From Vicugna vicugna (lineage: Eukaryota): 64,000 nucleotides of DNA. Both the position numbers and the translations under genes were made by a program. This document shows, piece after piece, positions 1 through 11,585 of the stretch; within the stretch, counting starts at the first letter, position 1, and every line of letters begins with the position of its first letter. The notes beneath the pieces were generated by a model. That model saw nothing but the letters and a program-made list of their open reading frames with translations, had not been told where the DNA came from and made no database searches. The DNA lies in contig MU062839.1 in assembly GCA_013265495.1 (NCBI GenBank), forward strand, positions 8,904,210-8,968,209, written 5' to 3'.

Positions 1-730
1 AATGACCTGGGGCAGATTCAAAACACCATAAGGTGTGGCAGCTGCTCCAAGAAGGGTTTGTGATCTCATCCTGGTATTATTTTGAAGGTGAGAAACATAA
101 TAGATATGAAAGCATTCTTTAAAACTGTGAAACACTGTATATTTGTAACTTAAAAAATTCAAAATCATGAAATGTGGCGTTTGTAACATTTGTTTCATTT
201 CAAGTGCCCTTAAGTCTATTCACATATATTTATTGTATATACTGCAAGCAGGTCAGGTTTTTTGAGGGTCAGGACTCCCCTTTTTCCTTTCCTAATATCA
301 CCAGACCATCCAGAGCATTTAAATTCACATCTGAGTCCCTGAGACAATCACATCTCTCCCAGCAGCCACCTTTTCACTGCTTAAGCAGATGCAGGCCCAG
401 GTCACTTTCTGTCCGCCCCGTCACCGTCTTAGACTCCTCCTATGTCACTGAAACATCGTGGTGTCTCCCATCCCTCTTCTACACACTGCGTACTCCACTT
501 CTCTAGCCCAAAGGTTTTTAGCAGGCTCTCGCCACACAGACTTTAAGTGAAGAAAACTCTATAAGCAGAACGTTGATCAAATTGCTGTGATGTGGTTCTT
601 AATGGACAATCGAGAATAATAATGTTAAAACAAAGTGTTAACCATAAAATGTTATGCTATTTTAACTATAATGATGCAGCCCTTAACTTAGAAATCAGGC
701 CTAGGGTTGGTAAGAATTCCATTTGTCCTT

Positions 731-749
731 GAGCGACCTCTGCTGGTGA
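731..749 (-). promoter_or_regulatory. CTCF-like motif
   Basis: Minus strand reads TCACCAGCAGAGGTCGCTC versus consensus TGGCCACCAGGGGGCGCTA; one disallowed core mismatch (G>T). Motif match only. Confidence 0.5.
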
Positions 750-884
750 TTCTAGGACGCAGTCACGTTTAAACCTTTGAATTAAAAAAAGAAGAATGCT
801 AGGGAATTCTGAAGTGGTGGCCAAAGATGCAGTGGCAGGAATCCTCAGACACCTGTGTTCGCTCTCGTTTGGCCCTCAGTGTGT

Positions 885-1050
885 AGTAAAGCACCACGCA
901 AATCATTTACTCCTCACAATACCCTGTGCAGAATTATGAACATCTTACAGAGGAGAAAAGTGACTGTCAGAGAGGTTGAACAACTCACTTAGGTCACACA
1001 GCTAATAAACAGTAGAAGCAGAATTCCAACTCAGGGCCACCTGGTCTATA
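885..1050 (-). mobile_element. MIR SINE (degenerate)
   Basis: cttacagaggagaaaagtgactgtcagagaggttgaacaactcacttaggtcacacagctaa resembles the antisense MIR core. Confidence 0.7.
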
Positions 1051-2019
1051 GCCTAGGCTTCCCCTGTGCTGGGGTTCCCCCACCTGCCTCCAGGTGCCTC
1101 CTCTACCACCCCAGAGAGATGCTGGGTTGGTAAGTAAAAGTGCACAAATAGGTCCTTACATGGGGGCTGCTTGGGGGAAAAAAGGGTTCTACATAGAAAT
1201 GAGATGTTAGTGTCTCTGTAAGAAAACAGCAAATCTGCTCTTACCTACCTTTTAGCGTGGCCCAGGAGCTTAGCCCTCATGTTTGCTGATTTGTGAATCG
1301 TTGTTCTAATTTACATCAGGGATTTTGGTTTCATTTCCATGATCAACTTGGGTCAAATTTTTGGCAGATCATCTTAGTTGTAAAGTTGTGGGTATGGAAA
1401 TGTATTTTCCATATTTTCATGTTTTATGACCAATATCATAAAAACAAACATCCAGCCACTTTTCTGGGTACAGCAATGTTTAGCATCTCGTCCCTGCACA
1501 TCAGGAATTTGTGGTTACACAAAACCAAGTTGTAAACGGGGGGAAAAGGAAGAGCCATCAATATTGACACTTCCCAGGTCTAGGAGGGGTGGTAGGGAAG
1601 AGAGAGGGAGATAAACTTTCAGAAAAGGTGGAACGTGAGCCTCCGGGAAAGGTAGGCCTTAAAAAAGCAAAGAGAGGTGGACCATGCAGATGATGGGGGT
1701 GGGGAAATACCTGGAGACAGGAGGCAGCTGACCTGCTTGGGGGCTGGAAAGAGGCCCCGTTGTTGGGGTGGAAGGTTTAGATGGAGATCGTTGAGACTGG
1801 ACGGGGAGACTGAGGCTAGACTGTTAGGAGGTGGAGAACCCGGCGAGGGGCTTATCTCACTGAGAAGATGGAGAGTCTTTCTTTTCTCACGACTTCAGAG
1901 AAAAGTGTGGAAGCTTTCTTTCTTGGACAGGAGCTGGACCTGACAGTGTCTTGGGGTCCTTGCCAACCCCATGAATGTCCATTCTGATGTTTGAAAAGAC
2001 ATTACTAACTATCCACTTT

Positions 2020-2170
2020 AATAATACCTCCTTGATTATTGATTGCTACTACGTGCCAGGCATTGTGCTAAACAGCCAACAGGCATTATCTCATTTTACC
2101 CTCCAATTGTCCTGTGAAGTATCTACTATTGTACCCTCATCTTGCAGGTGAGGAATTTTAAGGTCCTGGG
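2020..2170 (-). mobile_element. MIR SINE (degenerate)
   Basis: tacgtgccaggcattgtgctaaac...cattatctcatttt...ttgcaggtgaggaa resembles antisense MIR. Confidence 0.7.
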
Positions 2171-2468
2171 ATACACGCATGTGTCTAAGTTGCAAGTTGA
2201 AAACGTTGGTGTACCACTTCCCTTCATGCCATATCTCTCTTTATGATGGGTCATTCACTCTTCCGACATCTAGAAAAGCATCATCTCTAATGTGGAATAT
2301 ATTTTCCTTTCCTCCATAAGGATAACAGTACAAGAAAGAGTTAAGTGTCACACTGAGTATTCTTAGGACACTTAGGTAAACTGAAAAAGTTTTTTCCCAA
2401 AGATAAATACGAGGTTGGAAAGAGTTCACCTTTGAAAGGAAAAGGAATTTTGGCTGTCATTATGAAAA

Positions 2469-2487
2469 TGTCCAGATGGTGGCGCTA
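2469..2487 (+). promoter_or_regulatory. CTCF-like motif
   Basis: TGTCCAGATGGTGGCGCTA matches the consensus at both ends (CCA...GGTGGCGCTA) with mismatches at core positions 8-9. Motif match only. Confidence 0.45.
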
Positions 2488-3399
2488 CTCCACCAGTGAT
2501 TCCACACCCTTTTCTAGTAGTTTTAGGTGGCTTCGGATGAAATGAAAGTTCAGGAAATCTTAACATGCATGTATTTGCTAATCTATGATTTTACCAGGAT
2601 CCATGATTTTTCAAGGCTAGATTTCATTAAGTAATACAAATCAGAATAAGTCGGGAACTTAAAAAAAAATTAAACCTCTGTTTTCAACGATATTCAGCTA
2701 ATTGTTCAGAATTTCTCTGAAGCAATTGTTACAAATTAAAAAAAGCTATCACAACTGGGGTGAATTTTCTCTTCCTGGAAATGGAAGAGAAATGCCATAT
2801 AGAACAAAATTATAATATTTGAACATAAGAAACAATACCAAATATAATCTAAATAGGGAAGGATGTTGACCCCCTCAGCCTAAATATAAAATAAATTCTA
2901 ATCTTTTAAAATTGAGTGAAAACTTTTCCTGACAAAGTGAAAGCTTTCTCTTCAGATATCAGCCACAGACATCATGAAGAGATTTTTCTCTTTGATTTTA
3001 GCCTTATTTTTTCCCCCTCAAAAGCCTTTGAAGTGGATATTTTGTATTTGTTGTATTAGTGAAATGACCTGATTTTGGTCCCTGTACAGTTTCCAGGCCA
3101 AATGGTTAAATATCTGATGTTTTTGTATCACCCCCTCCTGAGGACTGTCTCTCCTTTGTTTTGTTAGCAATACTAAAGCCAGCATACCCACAGCCCTGGA
3201 AAAGAGAATTGCATTATTTATTCTCTTGGAAGTAGCATTAAAGCATTACTTCCCTCCCCAAACAATGTTTTCTAAACATTCTCTCTGATTACACAAAATT
3301 TTTAGTCTGTCCAGCTAAACCATATATTTTAAGAGACATTTTCAAACAAGTATGTTCAGGAACTCAAGTGTTCAGGGACAAAATACAGCCCTCTGTGCA

Positions 3400-4300
3400 G
3401 CGTCTAGAAGTCAAGTTGCCTCGTAATAAATATACAGCGCGCGTAACTGCAGGCGTGGGAGGTCTGTTCATATTCGTGGGAGTTAACAGCATAAATTCCA
3501 AGGGAATTCAGAGTACAGACACTTAAAATAACACCAGCAAAGTCACACTAACTGCAGCATTCTCAACACAGCCTGTTTAATGTGGTGTGATTTTTATTAG
3601 GTAACGTGTGATACTTTAAGCCAGAAAACAAAAACAACTAAATAGGCAAAACTTGGGGTAATCCCTTTCTAAATGGTTAATGAGAAACAAAGCTGAGAAA
3701 ACCACTCATCTGAACCAGATAACAAAGCGATTTTGTGCAGGGTTTTCCCCAGCCGTGCTCTGCGGCCGCGGGGCTGATACCTGCCGTCAGGTTTCCGGAA
3801 TTCCTCACCTACTGCTCTTAGCTGGCGTGCTCTCCCTTCACAGCCTCCGTGGTGGCAGCTTATGCTGGCGGGACAGTGGCTGTCTGCCAGACCCCCAGGG
3901 GCGCCCTGGAAGCGGGTTGTGTTTCTCTGTGAAGGTTATCTTTATTTACGCATGCCGTGGGTCAGCAGAAGGAAACCCCATGCATTAAAATGTCACGAGG
4001 CCATGGGCCTCTGCGCCTCGCCAGCCTGGGGTTCTGCGGTGGATCTTGTTCAGCAGCTGCTCGGCTTTTGGTGGAAATGGAGGATGGCCTTGGTGGGTTA
4101 TTCTGTACCCACTGTCTGTGTCAGGGAAAAAAATTAAACACAGGAACATGGCTTTATCAATTAAGCAGAGAAATCCAAAGTGGGTCTGTGAGGAATGTGT
4201 ACAAATATTCTTTTTTACTTTCTCTCTCCATCCCACCTCTCTTCATTAAAAGCGACTACGTATCCAAAAAAATTCCTTTTATTTATCAGTGAGTATGTGA
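3400..4300. promoter_or_regulatory. Non-repeat CpG-enriched element (candidate promoter/enhancer)
   Basis: 19 CpGs counted in 3721-4080, including GCGGCCGC at 3762-3769; gcgcgcgt at 3437-3444; no repeat family recognised; flanks are CpG-poor. Confidence 0.45.
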
Positions 4301-5637
4301 AACTTCCACTGCTAATATCCTGCATCAAAACCATTTAGTCCTATGTCCTTTCTGGAATAAACCCTTGCAAACCTACCTCCCACGGAGAATATAAACTTAG
4401 GACATGGAGATTTGAACAAAAAATAGAAATAATTAACTGTTTCATTTATTTAAAGAGATCCCTATTTGATAATGAAGGAGCCTCTAAGACGTAGATATAT
4501 ACTTGTAGATACTTTGAGGGAAGTAAAATACAGCATGTTGTATTCTAGAATTTTTTTTTTTCCTTTTGGGAAAATACTTTTTAGTAGACAGAAAAGCACT
4601 TTTTTCTCTTCTAGCATCCAATCAGTGTGCATTATCCATAAGTGGGAAGAAGTAACTATTAATGATTCCATTGTGAATGGCCAGGGTGGCAGCCACTTTC
4701 AACTGTATTGAATAGAATTCACTATTAATAAAGTCATTATTTTGCCCTTTCAAAAGTAGTCATAATAACCTGGAATAATTATTTAATATGAATTATCTAA
4801 AAATGCAACAATGAATTAACTACTTATTATCAAAGGTATCCACTGTCCCAAAGCATAAAATGAGTTATACCTCAAACTCTCTCTCTTGCCTGCCCTTAAA
4901 GAAAGTTTACATCAGATCTCTTAACTGCTGCCATTTTTTTCTCTTACAGCTTTCACCAAATAACTAGGGGTGGTCATCAGACATCGATATCCCTTCCAAT
5001 TTCCTTCAAGATGGAGTGCAGCTTGCCCCTGAGAAATTTAAAACTCTTTTGTTTGTTGTGGCTTAAATTGCCTCCTGACTTTTTTATTTTGTCTGGGTAG
5101 CTGTAGCTGATAATAGTAAGAAAAAAATGAGATTGCTCCAGAGAATATACTATTTAAAAATATATTTTCACCACCCTAATTCCCTTTTGAAATAATGTTT
5201 CTGTTAGTGATTAAATAAGGAGTTTGAGTGAGTGTCATAGTGTCTATAAATAAACTTGAGAACATGCATTAAAAAGAGCCGTATTTTTGCGATCCCATCT
5301 CCACTAAACAAAACAGTATTTTCTGGCACCTGTACACTCAATGTTGCATGTAGTTCTTATGATGGAATTTCCTTTCTCCTTTTGAGATTAAAGATAATTA
5401 CTGAATGTGATAGAAACTTTATAGCCATTAAAAATAGAACAGAAAAATGTTACCAGACGGCAAGTTGTTCAAAATAAATATGAAACAGGACTTGAGTCCT
5501 AGTTCGAACACTAGTTGGCTCTGCTAGTTTCCAAAAGCACATAGGTTTCATTTCTTGTCTCTTGATTCTTTAGAAAAAAATTTTTTTAAGAGCTTAGGCA
5601 AATACTTACCAAATCATTGCTTAAATTTTAATTTAGT

Positions 5638-5753
5638 GGCAGGGGTTGGGGGAGGTATAGCTCTGTGGTAGAGTGCGTGCTTCGCACGCTAAGGTCCTGG
5701 GTTCAATCCTCTGTACCTTCATTAAAACAAACAAACAAAAAATGCTGTCTCTT
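5638..5753 (+). mobile_element. tRNA-Ala-derived SINE (camelid Vic-1-like)
   Basis: tRNA-like head 5651-5721 with A box (tagctctgtgg) and B box (ggttcaatcc), A-rich tail aaaacaaacaaacaaaaaa, exact flanking direct repeat cttaaattttaatttagt at 5620-5637 and 5754-5771. Family name is from memory. Confidence 0.9.
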
Positions 5754-6109
5754 CTTAAATTTTAATTTAGTAGAAAATCTGGCTATGTGTAATTGCTTTT
5801 TGTTTGTTTGTTTAAAATGGATGAATATTAGAATTTTCAAATAGCTTAACCTATAATTGTCCTTTTCCAGTTAGCTTTGGTAGTGCTATGTTGAGATTTG
5901 GGTTGGTTTAAATAGAGGGAATGGCATCCAGAAATATAATGGTATAAACAATAGTCCATGGGCCCCCTTTCCCATTCATCAAGACTTATTGACTTCTTTA
6001 TTATGGGGTGAGAAGAATGAGATTGGAAATGAAATCAGACACATGGAGTATCTGTGGGTGCTTGTTCCACTTTGGTTTGCTATGGCTTTCAAAAATCCTG
6101 GTCTTTTAT

Positions 6110-6240
6110 GTGTTTATTATGTGGATTGTGGTGATGGTAACACAAGTATATACAGATTTCCAATCACACAATATTGTTTACATTAATTATGTGCACTTTT
6201 CTGTATGCAAATTATACCTCAATAAACATAAAGGGAAAAA
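6110..6240 (+). mobile_element. L1M (L1ME/L1MC-type) 3' end
   Basis: gattgtggtgatggtaacacaagtatatac...tgtatgcaaattatacctcaataaac resembles the ancient L1M 3' terminus with AATAAA. Confidence 0.7.
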
Positions 6241-6684
6241 CTCCTTACCCCTTTTCTTTAAAGTTACCAACAATGTTCAGATCTTTAAAAAAAAAAAAAA
6301 GAGTGATAGCATATGGTAAATCTGCCGAGATTGTTTGCAATTTAAATCTGAATTAGATCAGCTTTGATTGTCTCCAAATTCATCTTTTTGTAGTTCAGAA
6401 ATAAGGTCCCCTTTTAAGGTTTCATAACACTGTCTTTATTTTATCTTATTATTTTATTTTACCAGTCTAGCATGATATTCACAAACCCCTTTGTGAGATT
6501 ATAGTAGTCAATTTCAGAATTGCTATATGAAAATAGGGCCCAGCTCCTGGTCCAGTTTTAAAATGTAAATTGTGTTTCTTTTCCCCAGAGTCAAGGAGCC
6601 TCAGTCTATTAAGTTTCAAATTCATTGAAAATACGGGCCAAGTGCTCCTTCACCAAACATGGCAATACTTTTCTGCTTTTCTAG

Positions 6685-6990
6685 CTAGCTGTTTTTGAGC
6701 ATTTACTTTGTGTCAAAAGTTAGCTAAGCAGTTTAAATGCAATGTGTTGTATAATCCTTAAAAACTTTGAGTTAGAAACTAACAGAAAGCTGCACTCTGA
6801 GCATCTAAGTGGCATGTCAATATTGCATAGCTGATAAGGAGAGAGAATTTGAACTCAGATTAGAGGTAGCACCTGCGCAAAACACTGTTCTCAGTGATTT
6901 ACATGCATGCATCTTATTTGAGCCTTAGACACAGATCCTGAGAGGTGCTCCTTTATTCCTGTTTTACAGATGATGAAACCCAAGCATAAA
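6685..6990 (-). mobile_element. Two adjacent degenerate MIR fragments
   Basis: ttgagcatttactttgtgtc... and gttttacagatgatgaaacccaag resemble antisense MIR segments. Confidence 0.55.
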
Positions 6991-7019
6991 ATGGTGCTAC
7001 ATTGCCACTCTGAGCTTCT

Positions 7020-7276
7020 AAGGCATTATTTACCAACATATATTCTGCAATAAAAAGAATTTCATGGTCAAATAAATTTGGGAACGCTGTTTATTCTACC
7101 CTCTTATTCTAGCTCCTTAGTGAATATTCACCATGCTCGCTAGTTCTGAGAAGTCCTGAAATAACACCTCTGCTTAGCTTTGTTTAACTCAGTGTTTCTC
7201 AAATTTATATATTATGGAAACCCTTTTATGTATATCTGCTCTTAACATGCTGTAGAAAACACTTTGGGAAACACTC
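7020..7276. mobile_element. Non-autonomous hAT-Charlie-type DNA element (family not determined)
   Basis: Charlie-like terminal motif ctttgggaaacact (7263-7276) and internal cagtgtttctcaaattt...ggaaacccttt. Confidence 0.5.
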
Positions 7277-7923
7277 ATAAGGCCAGAAAATTTCAGGTGG
7301 GTAACTGGCAAGGACCTTAGATGGTATTCTGTATACAGCACTGGCGACTATGTCTCATTGGTCAAATTTATGTGATCTGCTGAAGGTAAGTATGAACAAC
7401 AGTGCTCTTTCCAAATAGGGGTATTTGCCATTGGATGAAGTTAGTGGCCTAAAACTGGCCCATGGGGTGACAGGAGGCACTTGCGCTGGGCAAGGGGTAG
7501 AGCCAACAGAGAAGTGGAAGGCAGTGCTTGCCCCTGCACTCAGCACACATGCTCAGAGCAGAGACAAATCTCCATTCGACTTCATGCTGCCTGTTGCCAC
7601 AGCCTATTCTAGAAACATGACACCCATCATGGAATGGCGTGATGAGGGAACTGGGGACAGCTCTGTGGTCTCCCAATTCAGGTCTCCATTTCCTAAATGT
7701 GGTTGTCAAAGTACAGCTGCTCAGCATGGGGACAGTCTGTAAAGTTGGAATTAATGGACAAGTGTGTTCTCAGAACACTGGACCTGATTTTGTCTCCGGA
7801 TAAAGCTTGAATCTCGCCCACTGATGGTGGTCGTTGTGCCCACAAGGTTGTGAAACTGGAAATGGCCCGGGAGATTTTCTGAATAAGGACAGTGGGAGCA
7901 GATCCCTGGGAAAAGAAAGACCT

Positions 7924-7948
7924 GGGAGTGAGGGGGTGGGGTGGCGGG
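7924..7948 (+). other. G-quadruplex motif
   Basis: GGGagtgaGGGGGtGGGGtggcGGG fits G3+(N1-7 G3+)3. Confidence 0.5.
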
Positions 7949-8598
7949 TTGTTCTTTGAATAATTACAGTGGCTTTCAAGAAAATGTTAGCATTTATCTT
8001 ACTGCGACATTTGCCTCATTGAAGCTGAGCTGTTTCCCCCTCTTTTCAATGAGATATTGAAGGAGCTCTGAACTCTGTGGCAAATGTTAACTTTTTAATG
8101 AAACCCCTTGCACTCTGTGTCCCAGAGGCAGGGCCTGTGTGGGGCTATTGAGAAAAGCAAGCTAAACGAACCGCTGCTCAAAAATTCCAGGAGGTTAATA
8201 GGCAGATCAACCCAGAAATGGGGAAACCAGCTGTAGCTCTTCTCTTTCTCTGCTTTTCTTACAATTCAAGGCATCTGGGCACCATCTTAGTGCACAAATA
8301 TCCCATTTTTCAACTTCTGGGCGGTTTTTGGCTAAAGGAGCCATTTGTTTTTTATTATTATTAATGGCATCCTCTTTTTGACAGGCTCCAGACAGCCTTG
8401 CCAGTTCAGGTCACCGAGGTGGGCTGGGAGGTAGGAATCACGGCCTGATCCCTTGCCTGACTGAGTCGGAGAGGTCACATCACCCCTTCCTCCTGCTTCC
8501 TATGGCCAGTCTGCTTATGTGAATGGAATACAGTGGGGGTGAAAAGTCCTAGAGCCTTACAGCTTAAGAGTTGGAAAATACCTTCAGGTGATCCAACC

Positions 8599-8768
8599 CA
8601 CCAGTTCTTAGACTTACACACTGAAATCACCTGGCAATTTTCAAAACCCTGATACTGGGTCTGCCTGGAGAGATTCTGATTTAATTGGTCTTGGGTGAAG
8701 CCTGGGCATGGGAAGTTTAAAGTGTTCCCCGGAGGATTTTAATGTGCAGCAAAGTTTGAGAACCACTG
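8599..8768. mobile_element. MER5A-type hAT-Charlie MITE
   Basis: gaaatcacctgg...agagattctgatttaattggtcttggg...aatgtgcagcaaagtttgagaaccactg closely follows the MER5A/MER5A1 consensus including the terminal gagaaccactg. Confidence 0.85.
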
Positions 8769-10996
8769 GTCTAACCCAAAAGAATTCTGCAGTCCTACTC
8801 GATGATAATAGATGTCTCTCTCTCCTGAATAGCCACTGGCCACTCTCTCCCAACCCACCCCTGTCCCTGCCATCCTTCACCGACCTCTCCTCCAAACTAA
8901 AACCAAAGATGTTCAGTGGTCATTGGGACAAACTAAATTAAACATGGTTTTGTTTCATTTTATGGGAGGATTTCTCAGAGTTTTGGATACAGTCATGCAC
9001 GTTTTTTAAATCCCCTAGATGGTTCAGGAAAGGAAGCACTTCTCACATTCTATTGGACCCCTAATTTCATGGTAAGGCTCAGGGAATTAGGGAGCTGGTG
9101 ACTTACAGTTCCCCTCCCTCCTTGGGAAATGCAGCTTCTAAGCTAAGAAAGAAACCCTAAACCGATGTGTTCACATCCTCAGTGTGTATCTGACGTATTT
9201 GACACTCCCAGTGAGTCACTTTTAACACTTCCCTCTTCTATACAACAAAATTATTTTTAGTAATAAACCTGTATAATCAGTAACCATTTGTTGGGTTTTC
9301 TTTAGCTGTAAAACAAAAAATTTTAAAGAATGAAATTTTGCACTTACCAAACAGAAATTTTACATCTCACAGTGTTCAGTGTTGCCCTCTTGTAAATTTA
9401 AACAAGTAAAACCTCCAAATAGACACTTTATAGAAAGACACAATTGAAGTAACTCAAGTTCTTTTTTTTTTTTCTTTATGATCACTTGCTGTTGCTTATT
9501 CCAAATCTACTATTTAGGAGTCTATCATATCCTGAGACTTAAGAAATAGTCTGAGCACAAAGCAAGCTTGAATGACTCTCAGTCATTGCAAACTGATTCT
9601 GGGAACAAATGCATATAGCATATAGTAGAGTCCACGTATGTTGGAGCTCAACTTTGTAACTGGGAGTTTTAAAAATTAAGTTCCATGTAGAATATGTTTA
9701 TTAAAATATAAGTAATAAAAATGTGCTAATCTGAAGCACGTATATGTGTTTGATTGATTGATTAAAATCAACTGCTTAGACCTTAGACCAACAAAAGATT
9801 TGAGGGAGAGGAGGAGCATTTTATCACTGACATTGTTGAGCATAGATGAAGTGTTGTAATAAAAAGCAGACTGAGTTTTGCTAAAGTTTAGAATTCTCTA
9901 CAGACCATGCATCCCCTATTCCTTACTCCTGGGCAGACCACTCCCACCACTGCATCCTTGTACATCACTCTGTATATCCAAGGTTACCAAATCTAACAGT
10001 GAAAGTTGGAAGTAAAACCTAGGTCTCCTGATTCTTACATCAGTACCTTTCTGTGTCCAACATGTTGTGAATAATACATTTGTCTCTGAAAAGGTTTCAG
10101 AAACATTAGATGAAACTTCCAAACCACTCTATAATGAACAATAATAGCAACACAATCTGAAATGTAAGAGTCAGCCAAAATGTGTATTAGTCCATTTGGT
10201 TTTGTGGTATTGAGTTTCAAATCATTTCAGCTCAGAGGTCTGGGTGACATGTGTCCCTTTAGAAAACAGAGATTGCTTTAGCTTTAATAAGAGGAAAATT
10301 GTCGTTTCATTTTATTAACAAGAAGCTTGTATCATCCTGAAAAAAATTCATTGTCTGTGTTCAGCTTGGAATATTGTATTCATTATGTTTCTTAATCTGT
10401 GTGATTACTACCTGTGTAATTTGATGTCTGGCATCTGCTATCGGAATTCTTTCAGTCCATTATATTTCCCATCTTTTTTGTAATGGAGGGTAAGATTGGG
10501 ACATGGAAAATTGCAGCAGACTGCCTAAGGCGAACTGCAACCAGCCGGCAGCTGGATAGAACAACAAAAGATGGGAAGTTACAGAAGGAATCAGAGAAAG
10601 GTGGCCTCCAGGTCTGTCTATGGTCTGCTGGGACATTGCTGAGTGGGAAATGGAGTTGGCCAGTTTTCCAGCATGGCGATTGGCCATTCCTAAATTATCT
10701 TCAATAACTCAGGTTGGCACTATCTTGTTAGCAAAATTATTAGGGTAAAATATGTGGGGTGTAAATGGGGTATAAACGCGTAGTGTATTGCTAACAGATT
10801 GTTACATAGAGTAATGGAGGTAAGAGATGGGGATGGGAACAAAACCAGCAAACTTGCAGCAAATTATTTTTAGATAGATATGAAGTGCACACATACGGCA
10901 TCACAGAACAACAACAACAAATTGATACAAACTGTCCTTTCCTTTTCTTTCCATTCTAACAAGTAGCCATTTCATTTAACAGATAATGTGAGTCAG

Positions 10997-11170
10997 ACGG
11001 TAGAGCATCCATGGCAAGAGACTGAGTGTTGAAATCAGAGATACCTAAGTATGAATCCTTAGTCTGATCCATACCACGAGCAAATCAGAATTCTTGTTTC
11101 CTTTATTTAAAAGGGGAACTATAATACCTACCTCCTAGAGCTGTTATTAAATTACATTATATTAAGCCAT
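10997..11170 (+). mobile_element. MIR SINE (degenerate)
   Basis: gtttcctttatttaaaaggggaactataatacctacctcctagagctgtt resembles the MIR core. Confidence 0.55.
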
Positions 11171-11354
11171 GGATGATTATGTAACATGTCTATTCAGACC
11201 ATGGATCATAAATGGTCCTCAATACTTGGTTAGAATTATTTAATTTTTATAGTCTAGAGGCAAATCAGACATCAGTTCAGAGCGCTTACTTGGTATTGCA
11301 TTGATTCATCTATGTTTAGATAGAAATTTCCAAAAACTTCCTTATCAGTGTGGC

Positions 11355-11585
11355 AATCTGGAGGGAGAACAGCCTCTTGAATCATCCCGACCTGGATTTA
11401 GACGTCATTTTGCTTTTTCCCATCTACGTGGGGATGTTCCTTAATCTCTTTGAGCCTTAGATTCCCCCTCCCCCATCTGTACAATGGGGAGAATAATGAC
11501 ATCTACCTTGTAGGGTTACTACAGGGAGTAAAGGAGTTAATGCATGGGAATTGCCTGGTGCAAATTTATCTATCATTTTAGTATT
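11355..11585 (+). mobile_element. MIR SINE
   Basis: ccttaatctctttgagccttag...catctgtacaatggggagaataatgacatctaccttgtagggtt. Confidence 0.7.

Noticed and set aside
3074-3082. TTTGGTCCC resembling the miR-133 5' end
   Set aside because: Match stops after 9 nt and no precursor hairpin is evident
3353-3376. TGTTCAGG repeated 16 bp apart
   Set aside because: Only two 8-mers; compatible with chance or a tiny slippage duplication
3890-3906. Additional CTCF-like word ccccaggggcgcc
   Set aside because: One G short of the core register; poor fit
5651-5721. Functional tRNA-Ala(CGC) gene
   Set aside because: Acceptor and D stems can form, but the anticodon stem pairs only 2/5 in the canonical register (an alternative GCGTGC-TTC-GCACGC hairpin forms instead), the T stem has a mismatch, and the unit has an A tail and TSD, so it is a SINE
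8152-8364. Stop-free stretch reading EKQAKRTAAQKFQEVNRQINPEMG...
   Set aside because: Bounded by an in-frame TGA, no polypyrimidine acceptor upstream, no known match; chance
10480-10826. Near-repeat gtaatggagg..taaga about 330 bp apart
   Set aside because: About 15 bp only and similarity does not extend; probably chance
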